Positions 26,455-35,639 of a stretch of DNA of 64,000 nt are shown here, piece after piece. Source of the DNA: a virus. The translations under genes were made by a program, and so were the position numbers. The notes under the pieces were generated by a model. It was given only the letters and a program-made list of their open reading frames with translations. It made no database searches and had not been told where the DNA came from. The stretch's first letter is position 1. Every line of letters begins with the position of its first letter. The stretch covers positions 59,708 to 123,707 of IMG/VR virus record IMGVR_UViG_3300021420_000018. One strand, written 5' to 3'.

Positions 26455-27105
26455 CTATCGCTGCTGGACTTCTGGCTCATCCTCAGCGTTGCGCGACTGT
26501 TGGACCGAGATCTCCGCTTCCGCTTCGATCTTGGCTAAGGGAGCCTGGATTACGTCGAACCGATTGAAGGGAACGCCGAGCAGGATCCAAATCATTTTCG
26601 GCGGCGGCTGGAGATCGATCTTGTCGATTCGTTTGCGGCCTTTGCCTTCGTTCAAAAGATTGTCCAACTCAATCGGCTCGAATAGATCGTTCAGCTCTAC
26701 ATCCGTAGTGGCCAGCACTTCCTTGTCCCAGGCGAGATCGACTTCCTGCGTCCTGTTCTCGAACAGGGCGAGCTCACGCGCCTTCTTATCCTCGCCCTCA
26801 AGCTTCAGGTCTTTGCGGCGAACGGCAACGAGCGTATCGCCATCGGAGTCAACAACCATGACGCGTTTGTAGCCCAACGACTTCGCCTGCTCAAGGGTGG
26901 CGTTACCGCTGATCACGCGGTTATCGGCATCGAGCAAAATCGAACGGCCGGCACCAAACTTCTTGAGCGAAGTCTTGAGCATCTTCTTACCGCGGGGCGT
27001 GTGTTTGTTGGGATTGTTCCGGTCCGGCTTCAAGTCTTCGATTGGTTCGAGTGCGATCTCGGCCATCTCATCAGAACTTCCGTTTTTTGCTGCCATTTCT
27101 GACAT
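26455..27105 (-). CDS. ParB-N (ParBc)-like domain protein
   Basis: LKPDRNNPNKH...SLKKFGAGRSILLD....ISGN; start reassigned to ATG 27105. Confidence 0.75.
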   Translation of the reverse strand: MSEMAAKNGSSDEMAEIALEPIEDLKPDRNNPNKHTPRGKKMLKTSLKKFGAGRSILLDADNRVISGNATLEQAKSLGYKRVMVVDSDGDTLVAVRRKDLKLEGEDKKARELALFENRTQEVDLAWDKEVLATTDVELNDLFEPIELDNLLNEGKGRKRIDKIDLQPPPKMIWILLGVPFNRFDVIQAPLAKIEAEAEISVQQSRNAEDEPEVQQR

Positions 27106-27292
27106 CTCCGTTCTTCGATCGCTCGACTTCCGACAAAAGATAAGTGCGCCGCAGGCGCCGAATGGTGCATACGGAAACGCTGAATCGTGTGGCAACTGCT
27201 TCGGCGGTGACATCCGCCACGAATAAAAGATGGAGTATTTGTGCGCGCTGCGCCTCGGAGAAATGCGGCTTGGGACCAGACAAACCGGCCAT
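27071..27292 (-). CDS. Small HTH DNA-binding protein
   Basis: GPKPHFSEAQ..I......AEAVATRFSVSVCTIRR. Confidence 0.6.
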   Translation of the reverse strand: MAGLSGPKPHFSEAQRAQILHLLFVADVTAEAVATRFSVSVCTIRRLRRTYLLSEVERSKNGDVRNGSKKRKF

Positions 27293-27331
27293 GTCTCTGG
27301 AGTGTACTGGTTAACCATTGGCTGAGTCAAA

Positions 27332-27958
27332 CTAGTCCAAAGAAATGGCTCGCCGGGGCCTCGCGAAAATGGGCTCTTTTCGCTGGGTTCCAATGGTCTG
27401 ATAGCCGCTCTCTTCAATGGTCTTGCACGCCTGGCACAGAGGACGCTGATAGGCTGAATCAAAAAGCTGGCCGCAGTTCGTGCACCGCAGCTTGAATGTC
27501 TGTGTCGGCTCAACCTGGACGCCATCGGTATTGAATCCGCGGTGTCGTAGCTCGGCGCCTACGCTCTCAAACAGCCAGTTGAACTGAGTCCTATCAATAG
27601 GGCAGTTTGAGAAAAACCATAGCAGGTAATCATTGGGTAGCACGGAGACTTGTGCGCCGCGGAACTTACCGAGTGGCATGATCGCTCTGCCGTGTCTGCT
27701 CATGGCGTCTTGTGCGGCGGCGTGCAGGACGCGGCCGATTCGTTCCCGTTCGAATCCGGTGAGGATTTTAGCATCGCGAATACCGTGCCGTTTACGTAAG
27801 TGGTGTTTCAATCCGCAGGAGGCCCATCCGACACTCGTATACCAGCGCAGGATTCTGGCCGGCTCGCATCTGAAACACCTGGCGTAATCTCTTTCTTCGT
27901 TCCGTGAAAGATGGAAGCTGCCGAATAGCTCGCCATCATAGCCGGTGTTATTTGGCAT
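27332..27958 (-). CDS. DUF3820-like domain plus Zn fingers; ends RPRRAISLD
   Basis: MPLGKFRG..V..LP.DYLLW; CTNC..CQAC. Confidence 0.65.
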   Translation of the reverse strand: MPNNTGYDGELFGSFHLSRNEERDYARCFRCEPARILRWYTSVGWASCGLKHHLRKRHGIRDAKILTGFERERIGRVLHAAAQDAMSRHGRAIMPLGKFRGAQVSVLPNDYLLWFFSNCPIDRTQFNWLFESVGAELRHRGFNTDGVQVEPTQTFKLRCTNCGQLFDSAYQRPLCQACKTIEESGYQTIGTQRKEPIFARPRRAISLD

Positions 27959-28241
27959 TGCCCTTCATCACCGCGGCCAGGTGTCGCAGCATAGGATCGG
28001 ACTGCGACTCGAGCCATGCGATGTACTGCGCTCGCTGCTGGTCGTGCAGCTCCGCATGCCGGCAGTGATTCGGGAAGAAAAAGCCGAGAGCTCCGGCAAG
28101 GATCTTGCCCCACAGCTTGCCGGCATGGGCGGCTCGACCGGATCGTGCGCTGATCGTTTCGCCGAGATTGCCGGCGAAGATCACGTTCACGAACTCGTCA
28201 AAGCCGATGGCCAGATTAAGCAGATACGTTTGTATTTTCAT
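27948..28241 (-). CDS. Hypothetical phage protein
   Basis: YLLNL.I..DE..NV......ETISAR.G......NHC. Confidence 0.7.
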   Translation of the reverse strand: MKIQTYLLNLAIGFDEFVNVIFAGNLGETISARSGRAAHAGKLWGKILAGALGFFFPNHCRHAELHDQQRAQYIAWLESQSDPMLRHLAAVMKGNAK

Positions 28242-28471
28242 GATCCACTCAACATCGCCGCAGCTTCTTCCTTCGTCGTCTCTTTGAAGACGTGCATGCC
28301 ACTCGGCAGTTGATCTACCCAATAGAAGTAAAACGTCGCGCCGCTTTGATCGTCATGGTATCGGCAAACGCGTGGCAGATAGGGAAAGGCCGTCTCATAC
28401 CAGAGATCTGAACCATTAGCGAACCGGAGCAGGATTTTGATCACGAGCCACCTGGGCTGCGATCCAAGCAT
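28238..28471 (-). CDS. Hypothetical protein
   Basis: Coupled ORF; start uncertain. Confidence 0.5.
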   Translation of the reverse strand: MLGSQPRWLVIKILLRFANGSDLWYETAFPYLPRVCRYHDDQSGATFYFYWVDQLPSGMHVFKETTKEEAAAMLSGS

Positions 28472-29393
28472 AAGTCTCTTTGAGACCGTCGATCAATCGG
28501 ATACTCGGCTCCCATGCTACTGTCCTGCGTAACCGCAAGTTGTCGCTGCTGCGTCCTCTCACGCCTTGCGGCTTTGACTCGTCGTGCACTATTTTGAGGC
28601 GCTTAGCCGCGATGCCTGCCACTAGATTTACGAGATCATCGACCGTTACGAGCTCGGCCGTCCCCAGGTTGAGAGGACGCTGATAACCGGACTGCATGAT
28701 GCGCACCAGGCCTTCGATGCAGTCGTGTATATACAAGTATGTACGCGTCTGCTTTCCGTCGCCCCAAACTTCAATCGCGTCGCCGTCTTTGGCTTGCGCA
28801 ACCTTGCGACAGATCGCAGCGGGACTTTTCTCGCGGCCGCCAGTGAAGGTTCCCAAGGGACCGTAAACGTTGTGAAGGCGCACGATCCGCACGTTTAGGC
28901 CGTGATCCTTTCGATAGTAAGCACACATTTGTTCGCTGAAAAGTTTCTCCCACCCATATCCGTCTTCGGGATCGGCTGGCCACGCATCGGTTTCTTTCAA
29001 TGGCATGCCGTCAGTTACCATCTGTCTGCCGAGTGGATACACACACGCCGATGAGGTGAAAAGATACCGCTTCACGTTGTTTTGCCGGCAGGCCTCGAGC
29101 ATGTTCAGGTTGATGAGGGCGTTGTTCCTGGCGACGTCCGCAAGGTGAGAAGTGATAAAACCAATCCCGCCCATGTCCGCTGCGAGATTGTAGACCGTGT
29201 CTATTTGCTGCGTGACCATCATGCAGTTGGCAAACTCCCGCAGATCGCGCAGATGGAAGAAATCGGCAGGCGATGCCGGCTCGAACTCCGGACGCTTCAG
29301 ATCGGCGCCCATGACGTAGTGGCCGTCAGCTTTGAGACGTTTGACCAGCCAGCTTCCGATGAACCCGCCAGCTCCTGTGCACAATATTCTCAT
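28416..29393 (-). CDS. NAD-dependent epimerase/dehydratase (GDP-mannose 3',5'-epimerase-like)
   Basis: TGAGGFIG; LAADMGG.GFI; SSAC.YP; YGWEK; REK.PAAICRK; WGDG.QTR. Confidence 0.92.
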   Translation of the reverse strand: MRILCTGAGGFIGSWLVKRLKADGHYVMGADLKRPEFEPASPADFFHLRDLREFANCMMVTQQIDTVYNLAADMGGIGFITSHLADVARNNALINLNMLEACRQNNVKRYLFTSSACVYPLGRQMVTDGMPLKETDAWPADPEDGYGWEKLFSEQMCAYYRKDHGLNVRIVRLHNVYGPLGTFTGGREKSPAAICRKVAQAKDGDAIEVWGDGKQTRTYLYIHDCIEGLVRIMQSGYQRPLNLGTAELVTVDDLVNLVAGIAAKRLKIVHDESKPQGVRGRSSDNLRLRRTVAWEPSIRLIDGLKETYAWIAAQVARDQNPAPVR

Positions 29394-29878
29394 CTTCGAC
29401 CCTCCGCATAGGCACGCCGGAGGCCTTCTGAAATGCTCTTACGGTGCTCCTTGCTCCTGCCATTTTTATGAAAGCACTCTTGAGAACAGAATCTCCACGT
29501 GCGCCGTCGTTTATACTCTCGCCTTTGAATCTCGAATGGTTTACCGCAAACAATGCAACTCTTAGCCACCGGACATTTCGGCTTGTGCCTTCGACTGTGG
29601 GCTGCGTGATCTAGGAGGCGCAGATTCTCAAACGAGTCATCCGTTTTTATTTCGTTACTGTGATCCAGATCAGTTCCGTCTGGATGGATATTCCCTGTGG
29701 TTAACCACCAAACGACATGAGCACGCAATGCATATCCTTCCGAGTATGCCCGCGGATAATCTGGTCGATAAACTCTGAAGCGGCCGTCGGAGTCGATATA
29801 CCCATCGTCCCACTTATCAGGAGTCCACATTTCATGCGTGCGCACAAAGCGACCGGACTGTTGATTCCGTTGAATCAT
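29390..29878 (-). CDS. HNH homing endonuclease
   Basis: GY...HVVWW...DH.NE.KTDD..ENL; CIVC..FCSQEC. Confidence 0.8.
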   Translation of the reverse strand: MIQRNQQSGRFVRTHEMWTPDKWDDGYIDSDGRFRVYRPDYPRAYSEGYALRAHVVWWLTTGNIHPDGTDLDHSNEIKTDDSFENLRLLDHAAHSRRHKPKCPVAKSCIVCGKPFEIQRREYKRRRTWRFCSQECFHKNGRSKEHRKSISEGLRRAYAEGRR

Positions 29879-30002
29879 TTGTCTGGAGCCTTCCTTTTCT
29901 TTCCGCAGTGGATGCACTTTTGCGTGCGGTTGCCGTCGCGATCAAAGATGATCTCATGGCTGAACTTGTGGCGACCAGAAATGGACGTGCACTTCGGCTG
30001 GC

Positions 30003-30431
30003 TCATCCTGTTTTCCTGCTTTCGTGGCTGATGAAATCAATCCCGATCTCGAGCCGCTCCGGAGTGCCGTACGTTTTCACGACGTGCAAGGCTGCAACCT
30101 GCGCATCATCCTCGTAGGCGATCCCGACCAGCGCGTCGAGCACGCACCTGGCCAGCTTGTCGACGTCCGGCTTCTTATTCAGCACTGTGAATCTTTTTTG
30201 CAGGCTCGCCGGCCTAGCCATGACGAATACCAGCGTCAGATTTACGCCGCCTTGTTCGCGAGTCCAGAGCTGCATGCCCTGAACATCGATAGCCGTGCCG
30301 GTAATCTGCTGTCGCCACGGCTTCATTTTCTTGCTGGCGGTGGTGATGACAGGACGGCTCCAACCCTTAGGGATGAAGGCGCGCGTGGATCCCTGCGCCT
30401 CAGCGTGGCCGTATACAACAAAGTGGATCAT
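30003..30431 (-). CDS. rusA: RusA Holliday junction resolvase
   Basis: AQGS; KPWR; KKPDVDKL.R.VLDALVG..YEDDAQV. Confidence 0.92.
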   Translation of the reverse strand: MIHFVVYGHAEAQGSTRAFIPKGWSRPVITTASKKMKPWRQQITGTAIDVQGMQLWTREQGGVNLTLVFVMARPASLQKRFTVLNKKPDVDKLARCVLDALVGIAYEDDAQVAALHVVKTYGTPERLEIGIDFISHESRKTG

Positions 30432-31049
30432 TTAAGTCTCAAGCGGCAGCGTGCCCTGGACATCGCCCATCTTCAACCAGATCGTCGAACCATAATGGCG
30501 GCAAGCAAACCGTTCTACAGTCGGATTCAAGGCGCACACCAGGCGGAAGGAAAGCCGGATGATGTCTTTGGCATCGCCAGTGCCTTTGTCTTCGATCACC
30601 TGGAGACGAATCTTTTCGATGGGAGCGCTGTCCTGGAGCTCTGTCTCCGCGCCATCCGGGGCCAGTCTCAAATCAAAGCTTTGGGCGCCTACGCCGCTCA
30701 CTTCACTAAGCCGGCAGGTCCCTTCTTCAATGTGCCGCCATTCGCTCACGACGCTATCCGGCAACAAATCGCGATGGTCCTCAGTCAGCTCCACGGAAAA
30801 CTCCATCGCGACGCTTCTCTTGTCTTTCTCAATATCGAAGTGCGGCTTGACGTAGTTGATCGCCATGAAGCCGTTTATGATGCGGGTCGGCTCCCGCTTC
30901 TCTTCGTTTTCTGCCTCGAGCTCCTCCGCGGAAAGCTGCTCCGGCTCGGTACGGACCGGTTCTTCAAAATCTGCGTTCGGATCCAGTTTTTGCGTGGAAC
31001 GTTTCTTCGTTGTGTCACGCCCCACGAGTCCCACCTGTCTAACCGCCAT
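30432..31049 (-). CDS. Hypothetical protein
   Basis: GAGGAGG RBS; 205 aa. Confidence 0.7.
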   Translation of the reverse strand: MAVRQVGLVGRDTTKKRSTQKLDPNADFEEPVRTEPEQLSAEELEAENEEKREPTRIINGFMAINYVKPHFDIEKDKRSVAMEFSVELTEDHRDLLPDSVVSEWRHIEEGTCRLSEVSGVGAQSFDLRLAPDGAETELQDSAPIEKIRLQVIEDKGTGDAKDIIRLSFRLVCALNPTVERFACRHYGSTIWLKMGDVQGTLPLET

Positions 31050-31061
31050 GTCTATTCCTCC

Positions 31062-31403
31062 TCAGTTTGTCGGCATCGGTATATCGATCGTTCCAATGGG
31101 GAAAATCCCGATGATCTTTCGGCAGTCGTCATTGATGCACCGGACCACCATAATCACGAATCGGTTGCCCATCACCGTCTGCGTTCCTTTGAGGCCTTCG
31201 GTCCCGCAGTACGGGCAGATCGGATGGGTTGATTTTTTAGGGATGGCTTCGACCGGGGCAATGGTCACTGAATCATCATCCGGGATGATCGGTTCCGGCT
31301 CTTTGTGGAACTGGTTCTGGCATTCATACGGTTCTTCCCGGTCGTGCAGCACCCGCGGTAAGCCACGAAAACCACCACAGTCTGGGCACTTTAGTTCAGC
31401 CAT
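31062..31403 (-). CDS. Zn-ribbon protein
   Basis: CPDC, CPYC, C...C. Confidence 0.65.
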   Translation of the reverse strand: MAELKCPDCGGFRGLPRVLHDREEPYECQNQFHKEPEPIIPDDDSVTIAPVEAIPKKSTHPICPYCGTEGLKGTQTVMGNRFVIMVVRCINDDCRKIIGIFPIGTIDIPMPTN

Positions 31404-31409
31404 TGTCCC

Positions 31410-33215
31410 TCACAAAAATAGCCATTCGGCAGCCTTCACGTCTCCGCTACTTGGATAGGTGATCAAGCCAGCCGTACGCATTGCGCCGATGTAGTTTCGA
31501 AATGTTCCGGTATCTGGCTGGAGTCCGACCCTTTCTCCTAATTCTTCTCGACTGAGGCCTTCGGGATGCTCGAATAGCGCGTCCAAGATGCGCTGCTGAG
31601 AACTGTTTAGGAGTTGTCGGGCACGCCCCAGGACTTCTTCCTGCGTTGGCGCTTCACTGCTGCCGGCCAGTTCCCTACCGGAATGAGTTAGTTGGATCGT
31701 CCCTGGCGTTGGATAGAAAATAAGGCCAGCGGTTTTGAGGCTTCCAATGTAGTTGCGGAAAGTACCAGTATTGGGCTTTAAGACAGACCAGAAGCCAACG
31801 GTTTCGCGGGTAGGCTGCTCCCGGCCGATCGCCTCAAGCTCGGCAAGGGCCTTAAGGATCCGCTTCTGAGAGCTATTGATAGCCCCATTCTCGATTGAAG
31901 GCGATTCCCGGGCCTCAGAACGTTCTGAGGCAGGCTTCCTAGGCAAAGGTGCGCTGCGTGGCACAGGGACCGCGGGTGCATTATGGCTGGCCGCCACAGA
32001 AACATGGTAGGACTCAATAGTCGGGATACTGAATCCAGTCGCCAGCTTGGCATAACGTACGGCTGCCTCCAGGGTGTGGATAGCCTTTTTGAGCTGCACC
32101 TCGTAAAAAGCTGAGGCTTTCTTAACCTCTCGTTCGATCGCCTTGGTGTCCACTTTAGTGGACATTGCCGGTGTCGGATGTACATTATGGTGTACATTTG
32201 CCTTACGAACTTCTGCTTCCAATTCACGGATACGCGCCTTGGCCTGTTTAAGATCCGACACTTCCTGACGCCGCTCGGTTTGCTTGGACGCGAATAGAGT
32301 TTTCAGCTTTTTGACCGCTTCCGTGACACTAAACTTGGCAACGTTAACTGGTGATTCGCCAGGCTTTGGCGTACGTCCAGCGTGATAAGTGGCACGCATC
32401 CTGGCAGTGAACTTGACCGGCGCCCCAAGCTTGTCTGGCATCAAGCCCCAGGCCTCGCCAGGCTTGAGATGTGGAAGCGTGTCGATCATGACTTTCAATG
32501 CGTCCTTGTCGGCAAAATGATGCTTGAACCAGTCTTCGACCTGATCGATATCCTGTGGGCCCATCATTCCGAGAACGAAAAGGTTGTCGATCTGCGTCAG
32601 GGCATCCTTGTTAATCTTGGCAGGACGCTGGGAGATGATCGTAAAGCCCAAGCCAGAACTGCGGCCTTCCTCGATGATTCTGCTCATGGCATAGAGTACG
32701 GCTTTCTGCTCGTCAAACTTCAGTACCTGCGGCAAAAAGTTCTGTGCTTCCTCGAAGAAAATATGGCGTGGCGTTTTATTTATCCGGAAAATCTCGTCGG
32801 CAAAATCAGCGCACCATTTCTGGCGGGCTGTGAAGCCAAGCGCCTTCATGTCTACGATTGTGGAGATATGGCCGTCGACGATGATCCGAGCGGCTTCACG
32901 GCCATCCGTCTGCTCGATAGGAATGTCGCCGTGCTCACCACCGATGATCAGAACATCAAAACCTGATGGACCGCTAGGACGTCCACTATCGTCCGTGGCA
33001 AAGCGGATGCCCCAATGCGCTGCTGGCGGATCCAGAACGACTATCGACTCGCCGCGGGCCAGGAAAAACTCTTCCATATCGGCAGCCAACACCGTCTTGC
33101 CCTTTCCGCGCTTCGCAAGTATGGCAAATCCTTGAGTGATGGCGTCATCGGACAACTCAAGACGACCTCCATGAACTGCGGTGCCGATCCAACGCGGGAT
33201 GCGAATATGCGTCAT
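31410..33215 (-). CDS. HerA/DUF87-like P-loop ATPase with tandem C-terminal winged-helix-like repeats
   Basis: AKRGKGKT; VLDP; FEEAQ; EGRS.GLG..IISQRP. Confidence 0.85.
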   Translation of the reverse strand: MTHIRIPRWIGTAVHGGRLELSDDAITQGFAILAKRGKGKTVLAADMEEFFLARGESIVVLDPPAAHWGIRFATDDSGRPSGPSGFDVLIIGGEHGDIPIEQTDGREAARIIVDGHISTIVDMKALGFTARQKWCADFADEIFRINKTPRHIFFEEAQNFLPQVLKFDEQKAVLYAMSRIIEEGRSSGLGFTIISQRPAKINKDALTQIDNLFVLGMMGPQDIDQVEDWFKHHFADKDALKVMIDTLPHLKPGEAWGLMPDKLGAPVKFTARMRATYHAGRTPKPGESPVNVAKFSVTEAVKKLKTLFASKQTERRQEVSDLKQAKARIRELEAEVRKANVHHNVHPTPAMSTKVDTKAIEREVKKASAFYEVQLKKAIHTLEAAVRYAKLATGFSIPTIESYHVSVAASHNAPAVPVPRSAPLPRKPASERSEARESPSIENGAINSSQKRILKALAELEAIGREQPTRETVGFWSVLKPNTGTFRNYIGSLKTAGLIFYPTPGTIQLTHSGRELAGSSEAPTQEEVLGRARQLLNSSQQRILDALFEHPEGLSREELGERVGLQPDTGTFRNYIGAMRTAGLITYPSSGDVKAAEWLFL

Positions 33216-33469
33216 CGCCGCGCCGCCATTGCCTTGCTGTGTTCCTTGAGGCTGTCGTGATAAGCGATATCCTCCTTCTTCAATGCTCCCGCGATATGCT
33301 CGTCAAGTTTCTTGCCTACCTCTTCCCAACTGTCCGAGATATCGGCCGCCGTCCATCCGCACATACACCAAACCACAGGATGCGGCTTATGGTCAGGTAG
33401 TAACGTATAGTAGCCTTTGTCAAAACCGTGCTGGATGCGAAGACCTTTTCGTTCTGTTTCGCTGTTCAT
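33212..33469 (-). CDS. Hypothetical protein
   Basis: Coupled ORF; CMCGW..H. Confidence 0.6.
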   Translation of the reverse strand: MNSETERKGLRIQHGFDKGYYTLLPDHKPHPVVWCMCGWTAADISDSWEEVGKKLDEHIAGALKKEDIAYHDSLKEHSKAMAARR

Positions 33470-33834
33470 GACTTCGCCTGCGTAGCGTGGCCGCGCCGTT
33501 CCGCGACCATCGCAAGATCAAGCGGCTTAAGGAAACAGTTGCTGCAAATGAAAAGCGTGGTCATGGCGTCCGGCTCATCCAGGACATCAACGGCCGCATC
33601 GCCGCCTGGCGAGAGCGTTTCAGCTATATCTAACGCTCGTTTGGCATCTGGATCTGTCAGCGTTCTGCCCCAACCGTGGAGAATACCTAGCGTGGCATTC
33701 GCGTTCTTTGGATTGAAGATGGCGTGCCGGATCTGGATGTAGTGAAAGAACGGCACCAGCTTCTCCCCACAACTGTCGCACGGGCGCAGCTCGCTAAGCT
33801 TCAGCCCGAATGTTTTTGGCTTTGGTAGATCCAT
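33466..33834 (-). CDS. Zn-binding hypothetical protein
   Basis: CDSC...CSNC. Confidence 0.65.
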   Translation of the reverse strand: MDLPKPKTFGLKLSELRPCDSCGEKLVPFFHYIQIRHAIFNPKNANATLGILHGWGRTLTDPDAKRALDIAETLSPGGDAAVDVLDEPDAMTTLFICSNCFLKPLDLAMVAERRGHATQAKS

Positions 33835-34276
33835 TTGATCCTCTCGCTAAACGCTTCACTCGATTGCGTTCATTATCGATAGCCCGTCTACATGCTTTGC
33901 AACATCTCCTGCCATCTGGATAGGTATAAAGATTGTCGCCGGAGTACGGATGGCCTTGCGGACAAGATGTGATATTCGCCGCGACACTTAACCATGCTTG
34001 TGGAAACTTACTCTCGCCACGAGCCACGCTGCGCTTGTAATGACACGGAAAACAGACAGCTTGAACATCGGTTTGGTGTGCAGCCGAATATCCTAAATAA
34101 TGATCGTAGTGGTGCTTCCTGTCGCTGCCAGTATGTCCGCAGTCGAAACACGGAACCGATTGCGGATGCGGCAGTATTCCTGCATTCACTAGGCGGCGAA
34201 TACGATTGTGGGCTTGTCGCCTATCTCCATCGCGCGCAGCTGTCCGCAGAGAACGCAGTTTGGTATTTGTTTTCAT
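33794..34276 (-). CDS. HNH-like endonuclease
   Basis: CFDCG...YDHY.GY....V..VC..CH; CPQGHPY..N.....R.CKAC. Confidence 0.75.
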   Translation of the reverse strand: MKTNTKLRSLRTAARDGDRRQAHNRIRRLVNAGILPHPQSVPCFDCGHTGSDRKHHYDHYLGYSAAHQTDVQAVCFPCHYKRSVARGESKFPQAWLSVAANITSCPQGHPYSGDNLYTYPDGRRCCKACRRAIDNERNRVKRLARGSNGSTKAKNIRAEA

Positions 34277-34983
34277 CGTCGCCGGACAGATTCGATTTCC
34301 TCGGGATAAACTTCTATGCCACCAACAATAGCAGCGGCATCAGGTCCGAGCCTTGTAACGATAGGGTTAACTTTCGATTCATCTAGAACTAAGAACTCGC
34401 GCTTGATCAACGCCGGATTCTTCACGCGCCACTTCCACACTGTCTTAATCGCATGGCCTTTCTGCTTCGGCACGGTGCTTGGAACGATGACCGGAGGCGG
34501 CGGCGCGGCCGCTGCGCGATCGATTACGACTTGCGCGGCTTCCGTCTCGCCCATCTGTTGAAGCTGGCTCGCTTCTTCTATCGCCTGAGCTTCTTGTTGG
34601 GCCTTGGCCTTTTTGCGTTCCTCATCTTCAATCGCCTGGCGCTTGCGTTCTTCTTCCATGCGCCAGTCGCGACGCCGCTGCTTGATGAGTTCCTCTGCCT
34701 TCGAATAAGGGAGCGTGAGCATGGCGCGGAGTCCGGTCAGAAACTTGTGCACACGGTTGGCTTCTGCAACCGTCTGCTCAAAAAACTCGTCGACTTTCTT
34801 TTTCCTTTCGGCAACCACATCCAGGAACGCGCCGCTGGCTTCGTAGTCCTCAAGCGTGGCTATTTCTAGCTCCTGGGCCTGCTTCAGAATCTTTGGAGCT
34901 GCCTCTTGCAGCGCGGCCACTTGCTTCTGATCGAGCGGCGAGATCTTCAGTTCATACGGTGTCACGGTTGCCGGTTCGCTCAT
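34273..34983 (-). CDS. Coiled-coil phage protein beside recombination genes (Gam/Gp157-like)
   Basis: Long coiled coil; WKWRV...I.REFL..DE.K......GGIEVY. Confidence 0.6.
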   Translation of the reverse strand: MSEPATVTPYELKISPLDQKQVAALQEAAPKILKQAQELEIATLEDYEASGAFLDVVAERKKKVDEFFEQTVAEANRVHKFLTGLRAMLTLPYSKAEELIKQRRRDWRMEEERKRQAIEDEERKKAKAQQEAQAIEEASQLQQMGETEAAQVVIDRAAAAPPPPVIVPSTVPKQKGHAIKTVWKWRVKNPALIKREFLVLDESKVNPIVTRLGPDAAAIVGGIEVYPEEIESVRRR

Positions 34984-35639
34984 GCTGCCTCCTCAATCAT
35001 TCGCAGCTTGTTACCCTGCTTCAGCTTCCAATGGGTAAGGTGCAGGGCCGAAATGAATACGTTCGCATCCTCACGCTCGGAATAATCAAACTTTCGATAC
35101 TTGCCGGTTTCGAATAACTGCACGGCGATCCGGCGCCGGCGAACGAATAAAGCAATCGGCGAACTTTCAAGACTGGTAGCCACGCCGTAGAAGTCCGGGA
35201 CCCCGAGAGCGTATCCCGCAAGCTGTATGGCCCACCAGTCTTGCTCCGTCGAAGAAGTCTTAAGATCAACAATGGCCTCGCGTTTTTGGAACAATCCTTC
35301 CCTGTCTGGCGTCAGCCCAACCGGCATTCCATTGATCGTCGCGCAAAACGACTGCTCGATGCGGCGCGGCACGAAGCCGGTAACCTCGCGAAAGTTAGCC
35401 CAACCCTCAACGTAGCCTCTGATCTTTTCATGGACCGAGTTCCAATCGAGCTGGCCTTCATCGTAGTAGTGAGTCGCCTGATGGACGAGGACCCCAATCC
35501 GGCTTTTTCTTTCAAGTATTTCTCTCCGCACCATGTCATAGGAAACCAACCCTGCGTGATCTAAGCAGCGAGTGCAACTGGGAACAACGATGCCATTCAG
35601 CGCATAAGAATGCGTGGAAGGCTCAAATGTAAAGGCCAT
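34980..35639 (-). CDS. PD-(D/E)XK exonuclease (RecE-like partner of RecT)
   Basis: H.Y..G..VPS.T; G..VH; TPDR; IVDLKT; QLAGY. Confidence 0.85.
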   Translation of the reverse strand: MAFTFEPSTHSYALNGIVVPSCTRCLDHAGLVSYDMVRREILERKSRIGVLVHQATHYYDEGQLDWNSVHEKIRGYVEGWANFREVTGFVPRRIEQSFCATINGMPVGLTPDREGLFQKREAIVDLKTSSTEQDWWAIQLAGYALGVPDFYGVATSLESSPIALFVRRRRIAVQLFETGKYRKFDYSEREDANVFISALHLTHWKLKQGNKLRMIEEAA

